The notes under the pieces: model-generated
What the model was told of the DNA's origin: nothing
Databases searched by the model: none
The model's input: the letters and a program-made list of their open reading frames with translations, nothing else
Shown: piece after piece, positions 18,206 to 27,781 of the stretch
Layout: each line of letters opens with the position of its first letter
Position numbering within the stretch: position 1 is the stretch's first letter
Made by a program: the position numbers and the translations under genes
Assembly: GCA_958296135.2 (NCBI GenBank)
Contig: CATQHZ020000001.1
Coordinates: 3,552,001-3,616,000, forward strand
Reading direction: 5' to 3'
From: an uncultured Poribacteria bacterium
Lineage (GTDB): Bacteria > Poribacteria > WGA-4E > WGA-3G
Length of the DNA: 64,000 bases

Positions 18206-20855
18206 GTTTGAGCGACTCCCATTCCATTTTCGCGTCGTATTGCGCAGGCTGTAGTTGAATCCAAGGTGTCAGGAAAATGCTACCCGGCGCATCGCTGGCC
18301 GTTGGCTTCGCGCTTTTGTGAGACGTGCCGATCCTCGGTGCACTACAAAGGTTGTAACCATATTCGGATAAAAAAGGCGTGAGCGGTGCCAAGCGTTGAA
18401 GTAGCGCGGTGGCTATTAGCGATAGAGTGCGGAGTGCAGCGGCACTCATTGTGACAGGACGTTTCCGCATTAATCGGAGATAAAGCCCGAGGTCTGCCTC
18501 GCAGAATTCGACGAGGATGCGCCAGATGTCAAGGAATTTCCCATTCTCGTAAACCTGCTGCACCTCTTGCAACCGCGTCCCGGTTATGGCGAGCGCGAGC
18601 GCGTCAATGCGGCGATGCTTGTTCTTCGGAAGAACGTCGGTTTGTCTGCGCGCTTCTCGGACTATTGAGAAGTCATATCCGCCGGCGGCTTTCAATACAA
18701 CGGCAACCTTTTCCAATAGAGTTTGCAGTTGCTGGTATTTGACTGAGTATTCTTCGGCGATTGTTTTCAATTGCGTCCGCTTCAGGCTCGGCGTTATCGC
18801 AACAAGCCGTCTAACATCCGGCAGGTAGTTGACGAAAAACGCCTCTTCAATCTCAAAATCTCTGATGCGCTTATCCCCGGTTGGTATCTCCCGCAGTGTC
18901 AGCTGCTTAAACGGTTGGCTCTCTTTAATCGGGCGGCTCCGGCTGAGTGCGGCGCAGAGGACGCTGATTTCTGCCAGCCACTCTGCAAATCCTGCCTGAG
19001 GCAAGAAGACGACGCTGACGGCCCCTCCCGGCGGTTTCTTGAAGTCGGAACTGTTAATCGTTTGCAATAGGTTCGCGAAGTGGCTATCGATGAGCGTCGC
19101 CTCTTTGCGGAACTCCTTTGAATTGCATTTCGGACAATAGGTATCGGTAGGTAAGAGTTCTTCAACGCTCAATCGGAACCAGAAATCAAACCCACGGCGG
19201 ATAGAATCGCGGATAGCGAGGAGCGTATTTCTATCCGCCAGCGGTTCATCGCATTCGTCACAGAACAGAATCGGCAGCGGCATCCCCCACTGGCGTTGCC
19301 CGGATACCTGCAGTGCTGATAAATTCGCGCTGGCTTTTCGGGCTACTTCCATCGCTGCATGCCCGACGGCACCGTAATTATCCCAGTATTCTTGCGCGTT
19401 GACGAGTTCTATCGTCGGCTGATTTTCGGCAACCGAGAACTTCCAGTGTGAGCTGGGCCGAAAAACGGCTAGCGTCTGACAGCGGTGACAGTGGATTTCG
19501 TGCAGTGCGTCTTGCGATTGGGAACGCGTTCCCGCCTCGCGCGCGCATTCTGGCGATTTCAGGAGATGTCCGAACCGTGCTAATTCCGGCACGATGAGTT
19601 TATCTGCCGCATACAGATTCAATCCGCACAAAGTACCGGCTTCTTCTGTGAACCGGCCCGTCTCATCGAAAACCGCGCTAGAACTTCTGCCTGACTTTCG
19701 CGCGATGTAGTAACTCAGCGGATTATGCGCCGGATTCAACGGGATAACGCCTGGAAACAGTTCGTCCTCAGAACAGAATGCGCCCGCGAAACCACCCTTC
19801 TCGAGCATTGCCACTGCGTCGGCGGATACCTCCGCCGACACGGCGAAAATTTTCAACGTTTTCGATGGAAAAAGCGGATGCGAGACTTCGCTTTGTGCCA
19901 ACTCATCACCAGAGATTTCCTCGATAATTTCCGGGGCCGCCCCCCCTTCCGGGAGAGATTGCAGGAAATTTTCCAACTGTTGTCTCGCAAAGAGAAGATA
20001 TTCGCCTTCAAACTGCGTGAGACAGTAGGTGGTATTTTTCGTGATACCGAGTTCTGTCGTGCCAGCTATTTCCCATAGGTGTGGCACTTGGACACAGAAG
20101 AAGACATCTACCCCATAAGACTCTAAGCCGGTGCTGAAAGGGAATTTCACATACGCGTACCGCATTTCTGTGGCTACCCATCCAAGCGTTGCTTCATCAA
20201 GAGGCGCGATGCACTTCGGGCACCAGGGACTGAGCTGCGCCCGGTCCTGCAGATATCGATACTCCCGCAGGCGACTGATAAGCGGAATCAGTTTTGCCTC
20301 TTGACGGAAATCCATGTTTTTCAGGCCTGTGTCCCAATCGGCAAAATTACCCAACTGGTGCAGCTTCTCCTGCTGTGCCTCTATCCGTTGCTTATGGAGG
20401 GAGCGGCACCGTTTTCGGAAGAGCGGCAGATTCACAGGGGCTTTGGTGGTAGCCTCCTTGGCAACTCCGTCCTCAATTTGCGCAGGGTATTTCTCCCACG
20501 CCGGTACGTAGATAACCTGATTGCCTTGCATCAGTTCCACTTTGAGAAAGATATCTTGATAAACCTTTCGACAAAGGGTGCTGAGCGTCAGCGCGCGGAC
20601 AGGTGTCGGCATCTCCCGAATAACGTAAGTTGTTGTCTGCGGTTCTTCGTCTTCGGGAGTTTCAACGTGGTGCGTCTGGGTGTGCGTGGGCCGGTTCAAC
20701 TGCACCTTGCCGCGCTCCACCGGATAAACATTGACGTTCGCCCAGTGGCGCAAAATCGCCTCTTCACGCGTCCGGCCAGTAGCCGGTGCCTTTTTCTTTC
20801 TGCGGCCATTCCCTGGCGCACTTTTTTTGGTAGCCGGTCTTCCTCTTTTCTTCAT
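18192..20855 (-). CDS. Isoleucyl-tRNA synthetase-like protein with degenerate catalytic motifs
   Basis: IleRS framework (YVPAW, WCPKC, YVKFP, QRQWGMPLP, CPKCNSKEFRKE, RLAPLTPFLSE) at the yggT-ileS-lspA position, but no HIGH or KMSKS. Confidence 0.8.
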   Translation of the reverse strand: MKKRGRPATKKSAPGNGRRKKKAPATGRTREEAILRHWANVNVYPVERGKVQLNRPTHTQTHHVETPEDEEPQTTTYVIREMPTPVRALTLSTLCRKVYQDIFLKVELMQGNQVIYVPAWEKYPAQIEDGVAKEATTKAPVNLPLFRKRCRSLHKQRIEAQQEKLHQLGNFADWDTGLKNMDFRQEAKLIPLISRLREYRYLQDRAQLSPWCPKCIAPLDEATLGWVATEMRYAYVKFPFSTGLESYGVDVFFCVQVPHLWEIAGTTELGITKNTTYCLTQFEGEYLLFARQQLENFLQSLPEGGAAPEIIEEISGDELAQSEVSHPLFPSKTLKIFAVSAEVSADAVAMLEKGGFAGAFCSEDELFPGVIPLNPAHNPLSYYIARKSGRSSSAVFDETGRFTEEAGTLCGLNLYAADKLIVPELARFGHLLKSPECAREAGTRSQSQDALHEIHCHRCQTLAVFRPSSHWKFSVAENQPTIELVNAQEYWDNYGAVGHAAMEVARKASANLSALQVSGQRQWGMPLPILFCDECDEPLADRNTLLAIRDSIRRGFDFWFRLSVEELLPTDTYCPKCNSKEFRKEATLIDSHFANLLQTINSSDFKKPPGGAVSVVFLPQAGFAEWLAEISVLCAALSRSRPIKESQPFKQLTLREIPTGDKRIRDFEIEEAFFVNYLPDVRRLVAITPSLKRTQLKTIAEEYSVKYQQLQTLLEKVAVVLKAAGGYDFSIVREARRQTDVLPKNKHRRIDALALAITGTRLQEVQQVYENGKFLDIWRILVEFCEADLGLYLRLMRKRPVTMSAAALRTLSLIATALLQRLAPLTPFLSEYGYNLCSAPRIGTSHKSAKPTASDAPGSIFLTPWIQLQPAQYDAKMEWESLKHENP

Positions 20856-21017
20856 ATTTTTTCTTGTTCAAAATGCGTTCGGCGGACATCACCGATGCAG
20901 AGACGGTTGTCTCACCAGGCCGACTACACAGTGGGCAGCCGACTTGCGAGACATCGCCGGACTTGATAGGCGTAACCGTGGGCAGTGCTACTCGCTTCTC
21001 CCCACGCGCAATTGGGA

Positions 21018-21284
21018 CTACGCACCCAGCATCTGCACCAGAACATGTAACAACATCAGCAGGATAAAGGGTGAAATATCAATGCCAAAATTCCTAGTTA
21101 CTGGTTCAATCATGCGGCGAATAGGGTTAAGCACCGGATCGACGAAGTTGCCCGTGCTCCAGTAAATTCGCCTGATGACTATATTCCGCGTGCCAAAAAC
21201 GAACCATGACAGAATGGCGTTGACGAAAACGACTATCATGTAAATCTCAAGCAGTTGCTTGAGAACACGTGCGACGCTGTCCAT
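21018..21284 (-). CDS. yggT: YggT family membrane protein
   Basis: ILSWF...DPVLNPIRR...IDISP; follows yggS-proC. Confidence 0.88.
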   Translation of the reverse strand: MDSVARVLKQLLEIYMIVVFVNAILSWFVFGTRNIVIRRIYWSTGNFVDPVLNPIRRMIEPVTRNFGIDISPFILLMLLHVLVQMLGA

Positions 21285-21319
21285 AAAAATGTGTTCCTCT
21301 CGCAATCGGGAGCGTGTTC

Positions 21320-22132
21320 CTATCTACTCCCTAACTCTGTCGCGCGTTCGGTTGCAGCAAGGATGGCTTCCGTTAGCGTTGCCCGTAAGCCGCCCAATTC
21401 AAGCGCGTGGAGGCCCGCCGCCGTCGTTCCACCCGGTGTCGTGACGCGATTTTTTAGCACGGCTGGGTGTTCCTCAGTCTGCGCTAACATCGTCGCTGTG
21501 CCTAACACGGTATGCGTTGCCAAGGTTTGCGCTGCCTGCCGCGGTAACCCAACGTGGACACCCGCATCTGCCAACGCCTCAACGAAAAGCGCGACGTAGG
21601 CCGGACCGCTTCCGCTGAGCCCGGTAACGGCGTTGAGATGATGTTCCTCCATCACCAACGTCGTGCCGCAGGCATTGAAAAACTTTGTGGCTATCTCAAT
21701 ATGCGTATCCGCTGCACGGCTCCCTTTTGTCAACACAGAGATGGCAGCCCCGGCAGCGGCGGCGATGTTCGGCATCACTCGCACGACAGGCGGCGGTGTC
21801 TCAAAATAGGCCTCAAGCGTTGCAGTGGACACGCCAGCGGCGATGCTCATGAGCCAGTGCTGCGGCGACAACACCTCTGCCACCTGTGGGATGACATACG
21901 GAACAGCACCCGGTGGCACCGCGCACAATATCGCGTCGGTATTCTGGGCAAGCGTGGCAATATTCGCCGCCGCGTTCACGCTTTTTTCAGCACGAAGTTG
22001 CGCGACAAGCTCCATGTCAATGTCCGTAACCCAGAGCTGACTGGCGGGCAGCGCGTTATCAGCAACGTTTTTGACGATAACGCCACCCATCTTTCCAACG
22101 CCTATCACACCGAGTCGGAAGTTTGCTGTCAT
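21320..22132 (-). CDS. proC: Pyrroline-5-carboxylate reductase
   Basis: GVGKMG, SIAAG, RVMPN, GLSGSGPAY, VTTPGGTT. Confidence 0.95.
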   Translation of the reverse strand: MTANFRLGVIGVGKMGGVIVKNVADNALPASQLWVTDIDMELVAQLRAEKSVNAAANIATLAQNTDAILCAVPPGAVPYVIPQVAEVLSPQHWLMSIAAGVSTATLEAYFETPPPVVRVMPNIAAAAGAAISVLTKGSRAADTHIEIATKFFNACGTTLVMEEHHLNAVTGLSGSGPAYVALFVEALADAGVHVGLPRQAAQTLATHTVLGTATMLAQTEEHPAVLKNRVTTPGGTTAAGLHALELGGLRATLTEAILAATERATELGSR

Positions 22133-22215
22133 GTTTAACTCCTATCGCGCTTGGGCACTCGCTCCTACCAGCGCGCTGCCAAAGCACGCCTTCCTCGGCT
22201 ACGCTGAAACCGCTC

Positions 22216-22938
22216 CTACGCTGGCGGCTCAAAAATGGCCCTGCCGATTCTGACGAGGTTCGCGCCTTCTTCAACAGCAATTTCAAAATCGTTTGTCATG
22301 CCCATTGATAGAAATCGCATCTCAATTCCCGGAAATTGCTGCACTATCACCTTCTCACCGAGCTCTCTGAGATAAGCGAAAGCGGGACGGTTCGCCGCCG
22401 GCGTAGCCGTTAATCTCCCCATTGTCATCAGCCCAAGGACGCGCACCCGTGGATACGCTAAAGACGTTTCCATGAAGTCCAGCACTGCATCCGGCTCTAT
22501 GCCGTATTTGCTGGCCTCGCCCGTTGTGTTCACCTGAACCAAAATCTCGGTATCCCGGCCGCGCGCTTCGGAGCAGCGTGCAATTTCGGCCAGAAGCCGC
22601 ATGCTATCCACGGAATGAATCAGCGAGAACATCTCCAATGCCGGTTTCACCTTATTTCGCTGCAAGTGGCCGATAAGATGCCAATTGCTTCCAGACAGGG
22701 ATTGCGAGGCACAGGTACTCGCGCTACGGTTAAGGCGACTGTATTTCTGTTGCGTCTCTTGCACTCGATTCTCGCCGATGAAAAGCACCCCGGCATCGAG
22801 GACTTCCTGAATCTCGGCTACGGAACGTCCCTTCGTGACAGCAACAACCCAGATAGAATTCTGTGAGCGGCCGCTCCGTTTGGCGGCAGCTGCAATGCGT
22901 TCATTCACGTTGGCGAGGTTTTCTGCAATCCGATTCAA
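22216..22938 (-). CDS. yggS: PLP homeostasis protein (YggS family)
   Basis: VAVTK, GENRVQE, WHLIGHLQRNK, GLMTM, LSMGMTNDF, VRIGRAIF. Confidence 0.95.
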   Translation of the reverse strand: MNRIAENLANVNERIAAAAKRSGRSQNSIWVVAVTKGRSVAEIQEVLDAGVLFIGENRVQETQQKYSRLNRSASTCASQSLSGSNWHLIGHLQRNKVKPALEMFSLIHSVDSMRLLAEIARCSEARGRDTEILVQVNTTGEASKYGIEPDAVLDFMETSLAYPRVRVLGLMTMGRLTATPAANRPAFAYLRELGEKVIVQQFPGIEMRFLSMGMTNDFEIAVEEGANLVRIGRAIFEPPA

Positions 22939-22975
22939 TTGCCTTCTCCTATTCTAAGCACGCTGAGAAGAAACG

Positions 22976-23266
22976 TCACACTAACGGGTTTCGTTCTTCC
23001 TCGCTAGTGGATTGGGCATCTACATCCTTGTGGGTTTTGTTGCACAACAGAAGGCCGACAACGGCTACTAACACCGCGACACAGACGATACCGATGCCCA
23101 CTGTCACCGTGTGCGTTGCCTCCGTGTAAATCTGCGTGACTTGAACCGCGCTCGCGGATTCGGATAATGTGTCCCGATACTGTGCAGGATAGCCGCGCCC
23201 GAGAAGGATAACAATCAGGCCGACAATCCCGATACCGATAGATAACAGTGCAAATAGTAGACGCAT
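22976..23266 (-). CDS. Small two-TM membrane protein
   Basis: Two hydrophobic segments; GGAG before ATG 23266. Confidence 0.5.
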   Translation of the reverse strand: MRLLFALLSIGIGIVGLIVILLGRGYPAQYRDTLSESASAVQVTQIYTEATHTVTVGIGIVCVAVLVAVVGLLLCNKTHKDVDAQSTSEEERNPLV

Positions 23267-23386
23267 CTCCGACTTTCTCCGCTTTTCATTCAACCGTGCG
23301 AATTCCCTTACATTAATGATACCACATTTCACGGCGTTTGTCAAGTCCAATAGCAATTTTTCTGACAACGTCGTTAGCAGGTTTTC

Positions 23387-24142
23387 CTACATCCCCACCC
23401 TAAAGGATGAAGAAAGTTGGATAAAGGAGAGCATTCGTCCCGTCCGGCCCCCTTCAGCCCGATAGGAATAAAAGTGCTCCGTGCAACAAGCAGTGCAAAA
23501 CGGCGAGACTGAAATCGCCGCAGACGGCACACCTGACTCAACTAACTGGACAGCGTTTGCTGCCTGCAGCGCCAAGTTCGTGCCATCCTGCACAAACAGC
23601 CCGAAGTGCGCCGTAAACTGCGAGATTAAATCCGAACTAACGGTATAGCAACATTTTTGAATAGAGGGGCCTAAGTGGACAAGGCAATCTTCCGGGGCGG
23701 TGCCGAAGCGCGCACTCATTTCCTTAATGGCGTTGACAGCGATTTTTGCCAGTGTGCCTCGCCACCCTGCATGCACAATGCCGATAGCCGGTGTCGCGCT
23801 ATCTAAAATGAACACAGGAACGCAATCTGCCGTGAACACACCGAGGGCACAACCCGGTGTAGCAGAGATTATCGCATCCGCCGGTTCTCGAACCTCCCCA
23901 ACCGATTCCGCCTCAATGACTCGCGCACTATGAATTTGGCGGCAATAAACCAACTTCTGCACGCCGGTTGCCGCAAAGAAAATCTGTCTATTCGTTGCAA
24001 CCGCCTTGGGGCAGTCTCCCACATGCTCTGCGAGGTTCAGAGACGCGTAAGGTGCTTGACTCACGCCTCCATGCCTGATACTGATGGCGGCTCTGACTAG
24101 CCCGGTCGCCTCCAATTCCTGAATGGGGTGATAAACTTTCAT
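23387..24142 (-). CDS. pgeF: YfiH/PgeF family protein
   Basis: SLNL, QIHS, TADCVPV, HAGWRG, GPSI, FYSYR. Confidence 0.92.
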   Translation of the reverse strand: MKVYHPIQELEATGLVRAAISIRHGGVSQAPYASLNLAEHVGDCPKAVATNRQIFFAATGVQKLVYCRQIHSARVIEAESVGEVREPADAIISATPGCALGVFTADCVPVFILDSATPAIGIVHAGWRGTLAKIAVNAIKEMSARFGTAPEDCLVHLGPSIQKCCYTVSSDLISQFTAHFGLFVQDGTNLALQAANAVQLVESGVPSAAISVSPFCTACCTEHFYSYRAEGGRTGRMLSFIQLSSSFRVGM

Positions 24143-24472
24143 TTACGCCTTGTAATCTTCGCGCGGCGGACTGAAAATGTCCAGCGCGATGGCAGGTTCG
24201 TCAAACGCTCTCGCGCTGTGCTTCACATTGGAAGGAATAAGGTAAGCGTCTCCCGCCTTGATTTGCCGGGATTCGCCATCAATCGTGAGCTCAAACGTGC
24301 CCGCCAGCACCATGCCCATTTGTTCGTGCGGATGGCTATGTTCTGCCACAACACCGTGCGGTTGTAAGTTGACGAAAGACATCATCACCTTTTCGCCGTG
24401 AATCGTGCGAATGGTGGTTTTCCCATCAAAAATCGACTTTTCGGGCTGTTCATCGATGACAAAAAAGGGCAT
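24143..24472 (-). CDS. Cupin domain protein
   Basis: HSHPHEQ...IPSNVKH...DIFSPPREDY. Confidence 0.88.
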   Translation of the reverse strand: MPFFVIDEQPEKSIFDGKTTIRTIHGEKVMMSFVNLQPHGVVAEHSHPHEQMGMVLAGTFELTIDGESRQIKAGDAYLIPSNVKHSARAFDEPAIALDIFSPPREDYKA

Positions 24473-24561
24473 ACTGCGTTAATCCTATTTTTAGCACTTA
24501 TCCCGTAGGCGCGCTTTATAGGCGCGCCTCCCAACTACTATTCGATGCTACCCCTCTTATC

Positions 24562-25311
24562 CTACGGAAACGGAATATCCGACGAAGGCGGTTGCACGTA
24601 AAGAGCCCGCTTACAACTGGAGCAGTAAACGAGTTTCTGATACTTCTGCGCTTCCTTGAGCGTCTGTGGTTGGATAGAAATGCGACAACTACCGCAAATT
24701 CCTTTCATGCCGAGTGCAAGGAAGGGTGTCCGCTGTCGCTCCATCCACCGGTGATACTGCACGACGAGCTGCGCGTCGATTTGCGGGAGAAACGCCTTTC
24801 GTTTTTCCCGCTTCTCCGCGATGAGCGTTTCTAACTCTCGCTGTTTCGCTTGGAGCGCGGCTTTCTGTTCGGTGTTTCTTTCGTTTTCTTGCGCGGCTTC
24901 GGCTTCTATCTCCGTCAATGCCGCCTGGTGCCGGTCGATTTCGTCCATGAGCACCAGAATCTCGTCTTCTGTCTCGGCATCCTGCCGGTCAAGGAATTCG
25001 ATTTGGCGTTCAAGGGCACTATAGGCATCGTTCGATGTCGCTGTCCGCTGTTCCGCCTTATATTTCTCGCGTTGCACCGCGTTCATTTCTAGTGCGGCGT
25101 TCTTTGAACGTTGTGCTTTCTCGGCTTCGGCGAGCGTGGCGGAAGTAGCCGCGATGTCCTCCGTAGACTTCGCGACGCTAGCATCCAACTGTTCAATTTG
25201 GCGTGGGATGTCTTGTAACTGTCTGCGGATTGACAACAAGCCGCGGTCGTGCTCTTGCAGCTGGTAGAGGGTAGCAAGCTGCTGTCTCAAAGAAGCGTCT
25301 GTACTAGACAT
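24562..25311 (-). CDS. Coiled-coil protein with C4 Zn-ribbon (DUF164-like)
   Basis: LYQLQEHD start, long coiled coil, CGSC...CSSC. Confidence 0.85.
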   Translation of the reverse strand: MSSTDASLRQQLATLYQLQEHDRGLLSIRRQLQDIPRQIEQLDASVAKSTEDIAATSATLAEAEKAQRSKNAALEMNAVQREKYKAEQRTATSNDAYSALERQIEFLDRQDAETEDEILVLMDEIDRHQAALTEIEAEAAQENERNTEQKAALQAKQRELETLIAEKREKRKAFLPQIDAQLVVQYHRWMERQRTPFLALGMKGICGSCRISIQPQTLKEAQKYQKLVYCSSCKRALYVQPPSSDIPFP

Positions 25312-25389
25312 GATGTTTCATACTCCTCCGTAGCATAACTCCTCCGTAGCATGGCTAAGACACAAGTCTTGCCTTACAATCTAAGGCAC

Positions 25390-26199
25390 CTATTCAACGA
25401 GGTATGCGAAGAAAATGCCAAGTTGATATAACACAAAAAGCGGCACAGCCATCAATAGCATTGAGCCCGGGTCCGCCGGGGTGAGCAATGCCGACATGAT
25501 ACAGATACCTAGCAACGCGTAACTCTGTTTCTCCCGAAACCCGCGTGCGTTGATAACGCCGATTCGGGAAAGGAACGCCATCACAATAGGCAACTCAAAA
25601 GCAATGCCGAACCCTAAAATGAGCCGAGTGACGAAGTTCACATATTTTTCCAGATCCCACAGATTCTGCAAATCTGGAAGCAGTTGTGCCGAGAAATGCA
25701 ACACAACGGGCGTTACGATGAAATAGGCGAACACCGCGCCCAAGACAAAAAACATTACGATGAGGAGGAAAAGCGGCACCGCGAACCGCCGTTCTGTCCT
25801 GTTCAACGCGGGGAAAATAAATGCCCATAGCTGATAGAGGATTATCGGCAACGATAACACAATGCCGGTCGTCACGCCTATCTTCAGGTAAGCCATGATG
25901 CCTTCAAGCGGGCCCACTTTGAAGAGCTCGGCGTTGACATGTGCTGTCCCGGCCCGCAAGGCGAGCGCGAGGAATCCTAGCGTCGACGTTTCCGTGCCAC
26001 CTATCCTCTCAATAGCGGTGGCAAGCAAATCGTTCATTGAAGTTTCCAGCGGAAACTTGATGACCTTTTCAATCGGTTTGCTAAAGGATAAACTCAGCAC
26101 CGTGAACACAGCGATTGCCACTGCTGACACGATAATTCGCCGGCGGAGCTCCTCAAGGTGCTCCCAAAAAGTCATTGCTACATCGTCACGGGTTTCCAT
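25390..26199 (-). CDS. tatC: Twin-arginine translocase subunit TatC
   Basis: MTFWEHLEELRRR, YQLWAFIFPAL, FELP, LTPADP. Confidence 0.95.
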   Translation of the reverse strand: METRDDVAMTFWEHLEELRRRIIVSAVAIAVFTVLSLSFSKPIEKVIKFPLETSMNDLLATAIERIGGTETSTLGFLALALRAGTAHVNAELFKVGPLEGIMAYLKIGVTTGIVLSLPIILYQLWAFIFPALNRTERRFAVPLFLLIVMFFVLGAVFAYFIVTPVVLHFSAQLLPDLQNLWDLEKYVNFVTRLILGFGIAFELPIVMAFLSRIGVINARGFREKQSYALLGICIMSALLTPADPGSMLLMAVPLFVLYQLGIFFAYLVE

Positions 26200-26327
26200 A
26201 ATTTCTCTGTATGGACGCGAAGCGTTCAAGCTGCATCCCTTGGCGGGGCCCCTCAGCTGCGTTGCGGTTGCGTTGGCATCCTTTCGGACACGTATCTCCC
26301 CAGAGCACCATAGGACGGCCACACCTA

Positions 26328-26537
26328 TTATGCGTTGGACTTGGGCGTTTTGTCGCTTTTGTCTTTCTCGGTTTCGTTGACTGCCCGGTTCAATTCGTCT
26401 TGGATATCATTGCCCGCGCTCTTAAATTCCCGGATGGCTTTTCCGAGGGAACGCCCCATTTCCGGTAACTTCTTCGGGCCGAAAACGACAAGCGCGATGA
26501 CAAGGATAACAAGGATTTCCATTCCGCCGAGGCTCAT
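26328..26537 (-). CDS. tatA: Twin-arginine translocase subunit TatA
   Basis: FGPKKLPEMGRSLGKAIREFK; AAGGAGG RBS. Confidence 0.95.
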   Translation of the reverse strand: MSLGGMEILVILVIALVVFGPKKLPEMGRSLGKAIREFKSAGNDIQDELNRAVNETEKDKSDKTPKSNA

Positions 26538-26585
26538 TTCCTATTCCTCCTTTGGTGAGATATGGCAGATTGCCTGATATGAAGA

Positions 26586-26614
26586 GTCTATCACGAAATC
26601 GGTTTTATGCCAAA
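26586..26614 (-). promoter_or_regulatory. Putative sigma70 promoter for tatAC
   Basis: TTGGCA-17-TAGACT on the minus strand. Confidence 0.5.
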
Positions 26615-27014
26615 TTAATTTACGGCTGTCGCGCTACAGGGATTCACTTGGGATGCAGCCGATGTGCTATACGGCACACAACGACTGTCCACTCCGGTCT
26701 CCAACCGAGCTACCTGTTGGACGAGCAACCAAGTGTTGAAAAATCTTTCATGCATGTGACGAATCCTTATGATAGGTAAGCGAAAAGAAAAGGTGGTCCT
26801 TCCCAATCGATAACGGGGTAGCCCCACGCGCCTCTTGACGTTTCCACTCCAGAGGCGTGACTTCATCTGTCCGCCGTGACTGATTGTGGCTCATCATGAT
26901 GTCCCCATAAAGCATTTTTGTCGCCATCTTAAACTGTTCCCCGAAGTCTCAACATATCGAGATAAGTCGAGACTTCTAAGTTCCTGCTTCATCACTTACC
27001 GCCTCCGAAACGCA

Positions 27015-27483
27015 CCTGCCGATTTTGACGTAGGCATGCTTGCGAAAGCCAAGCATGCCGAAGATGTCTTATTCTGTAAACAGAATAAGACTGCGTCAAA
27101 ATCGGAGAAATGCGAATACTACGAGGTCTTACGCGAGCACCACAGGCGTTTTGCGTCTCGGTCAAACCAGCCGCGACGTTTTCTTTGTAGTTCTAGATAC
27201 TGCAGCGAAACAATCCTTTCTCCGATTTTTGTCGGTCGACGGCGTAGGCGTTCGGGACTACCGAACGCCGAAGATGCGCATTCGGCTTTGCGAATACGCT
27301 GCGCCGTCGACCGCGCGCAGTGTCATTTGCGAACAGGTCACAGACTGACCTATTCGGTTGTTCTAGGCGATCGTGCAGTGTTATTCGGAATACCGAATAA
27401 CACATCTTCGGCGGTTTGTTACTACAAACCGCCTACACGATCGCCAGCAGTTATTACAAACTACCTACGCAAAAATCGGCAGG
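27015..27483. repeat. Nested cluster of Y-shaped GTAG/CGAAGAT elements
   Basis: Units at 27019-27105 (+), 27233-27313 (+) and 27366-27445 (-), plus an envelope at 27217-27483 (-). Confidence 0.85.
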
Positions 27484-27641
27484 GAATCGCGTCGGACTTA
27501 CGGCCCCCTCCACCGTCAGCGATGCAGTCGCACCACCGACTCTTAATACGCTTCACACGGGGGGTTAGGACATTACGCCTGCCTCTTGGTATCGTGCAGC
27601 AGGAAACGTTCTTCACGCTCCGTTCGCCATCCTCTCACCTG

Positions 27642-27729
27642 AGAGATAAAACGACTTAAATCAGATATGTTACGAATGAACGAGACTTACCGAGAATTCA
27701 ATCGATTTACTCGGATTTTCGGGCTCTAG
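27642..27729 (-). mobile_element. Non-autonomous IS607 miniature (about 88 bp)
   Basis: 27703-27734 matches 17011-17042 closely; AGAGATAA at 27642 matches 15231. Confidence 0.6.
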
Positions 27730-27781
27730 CACTCTCCTCCTTCCTAGCGGCACTGCGCGAAAACCTTGCGACTCAATTTAA

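Larger units (their letters stand above)
26630..27775 (-). ncRNA. Candidate large structured non-coding RNA with internal insertions
   Basis: Strong upstream promoter, no credible ORF, many hairpins and long-range helices; family not recognised. Confidence 0.45.

Noticed and set aside
20856-21017. T-box or riboswitch before the ileS-like gene
   Set aside because: No T-box motif or terminator; looks like decayed repeat sequence.
25320-25352. 17-bp tandem duplication containing the RBS
   Set aside because: Small local duplication with no evidence of function.
26886-27659. 257-aa plus-strand ORF
   Set aside because: No RBS or domain motifs, Arg/Ser/Cys-rich, and it runs through palindromic elements; probably spurious.
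26560-27660. Decayed tnpB or IStron group I intron
   Set aside because: Only a short KSFYL-like match that coincides with the IS end repeats; no RuvC motifs and no convincing P7/R/S core.
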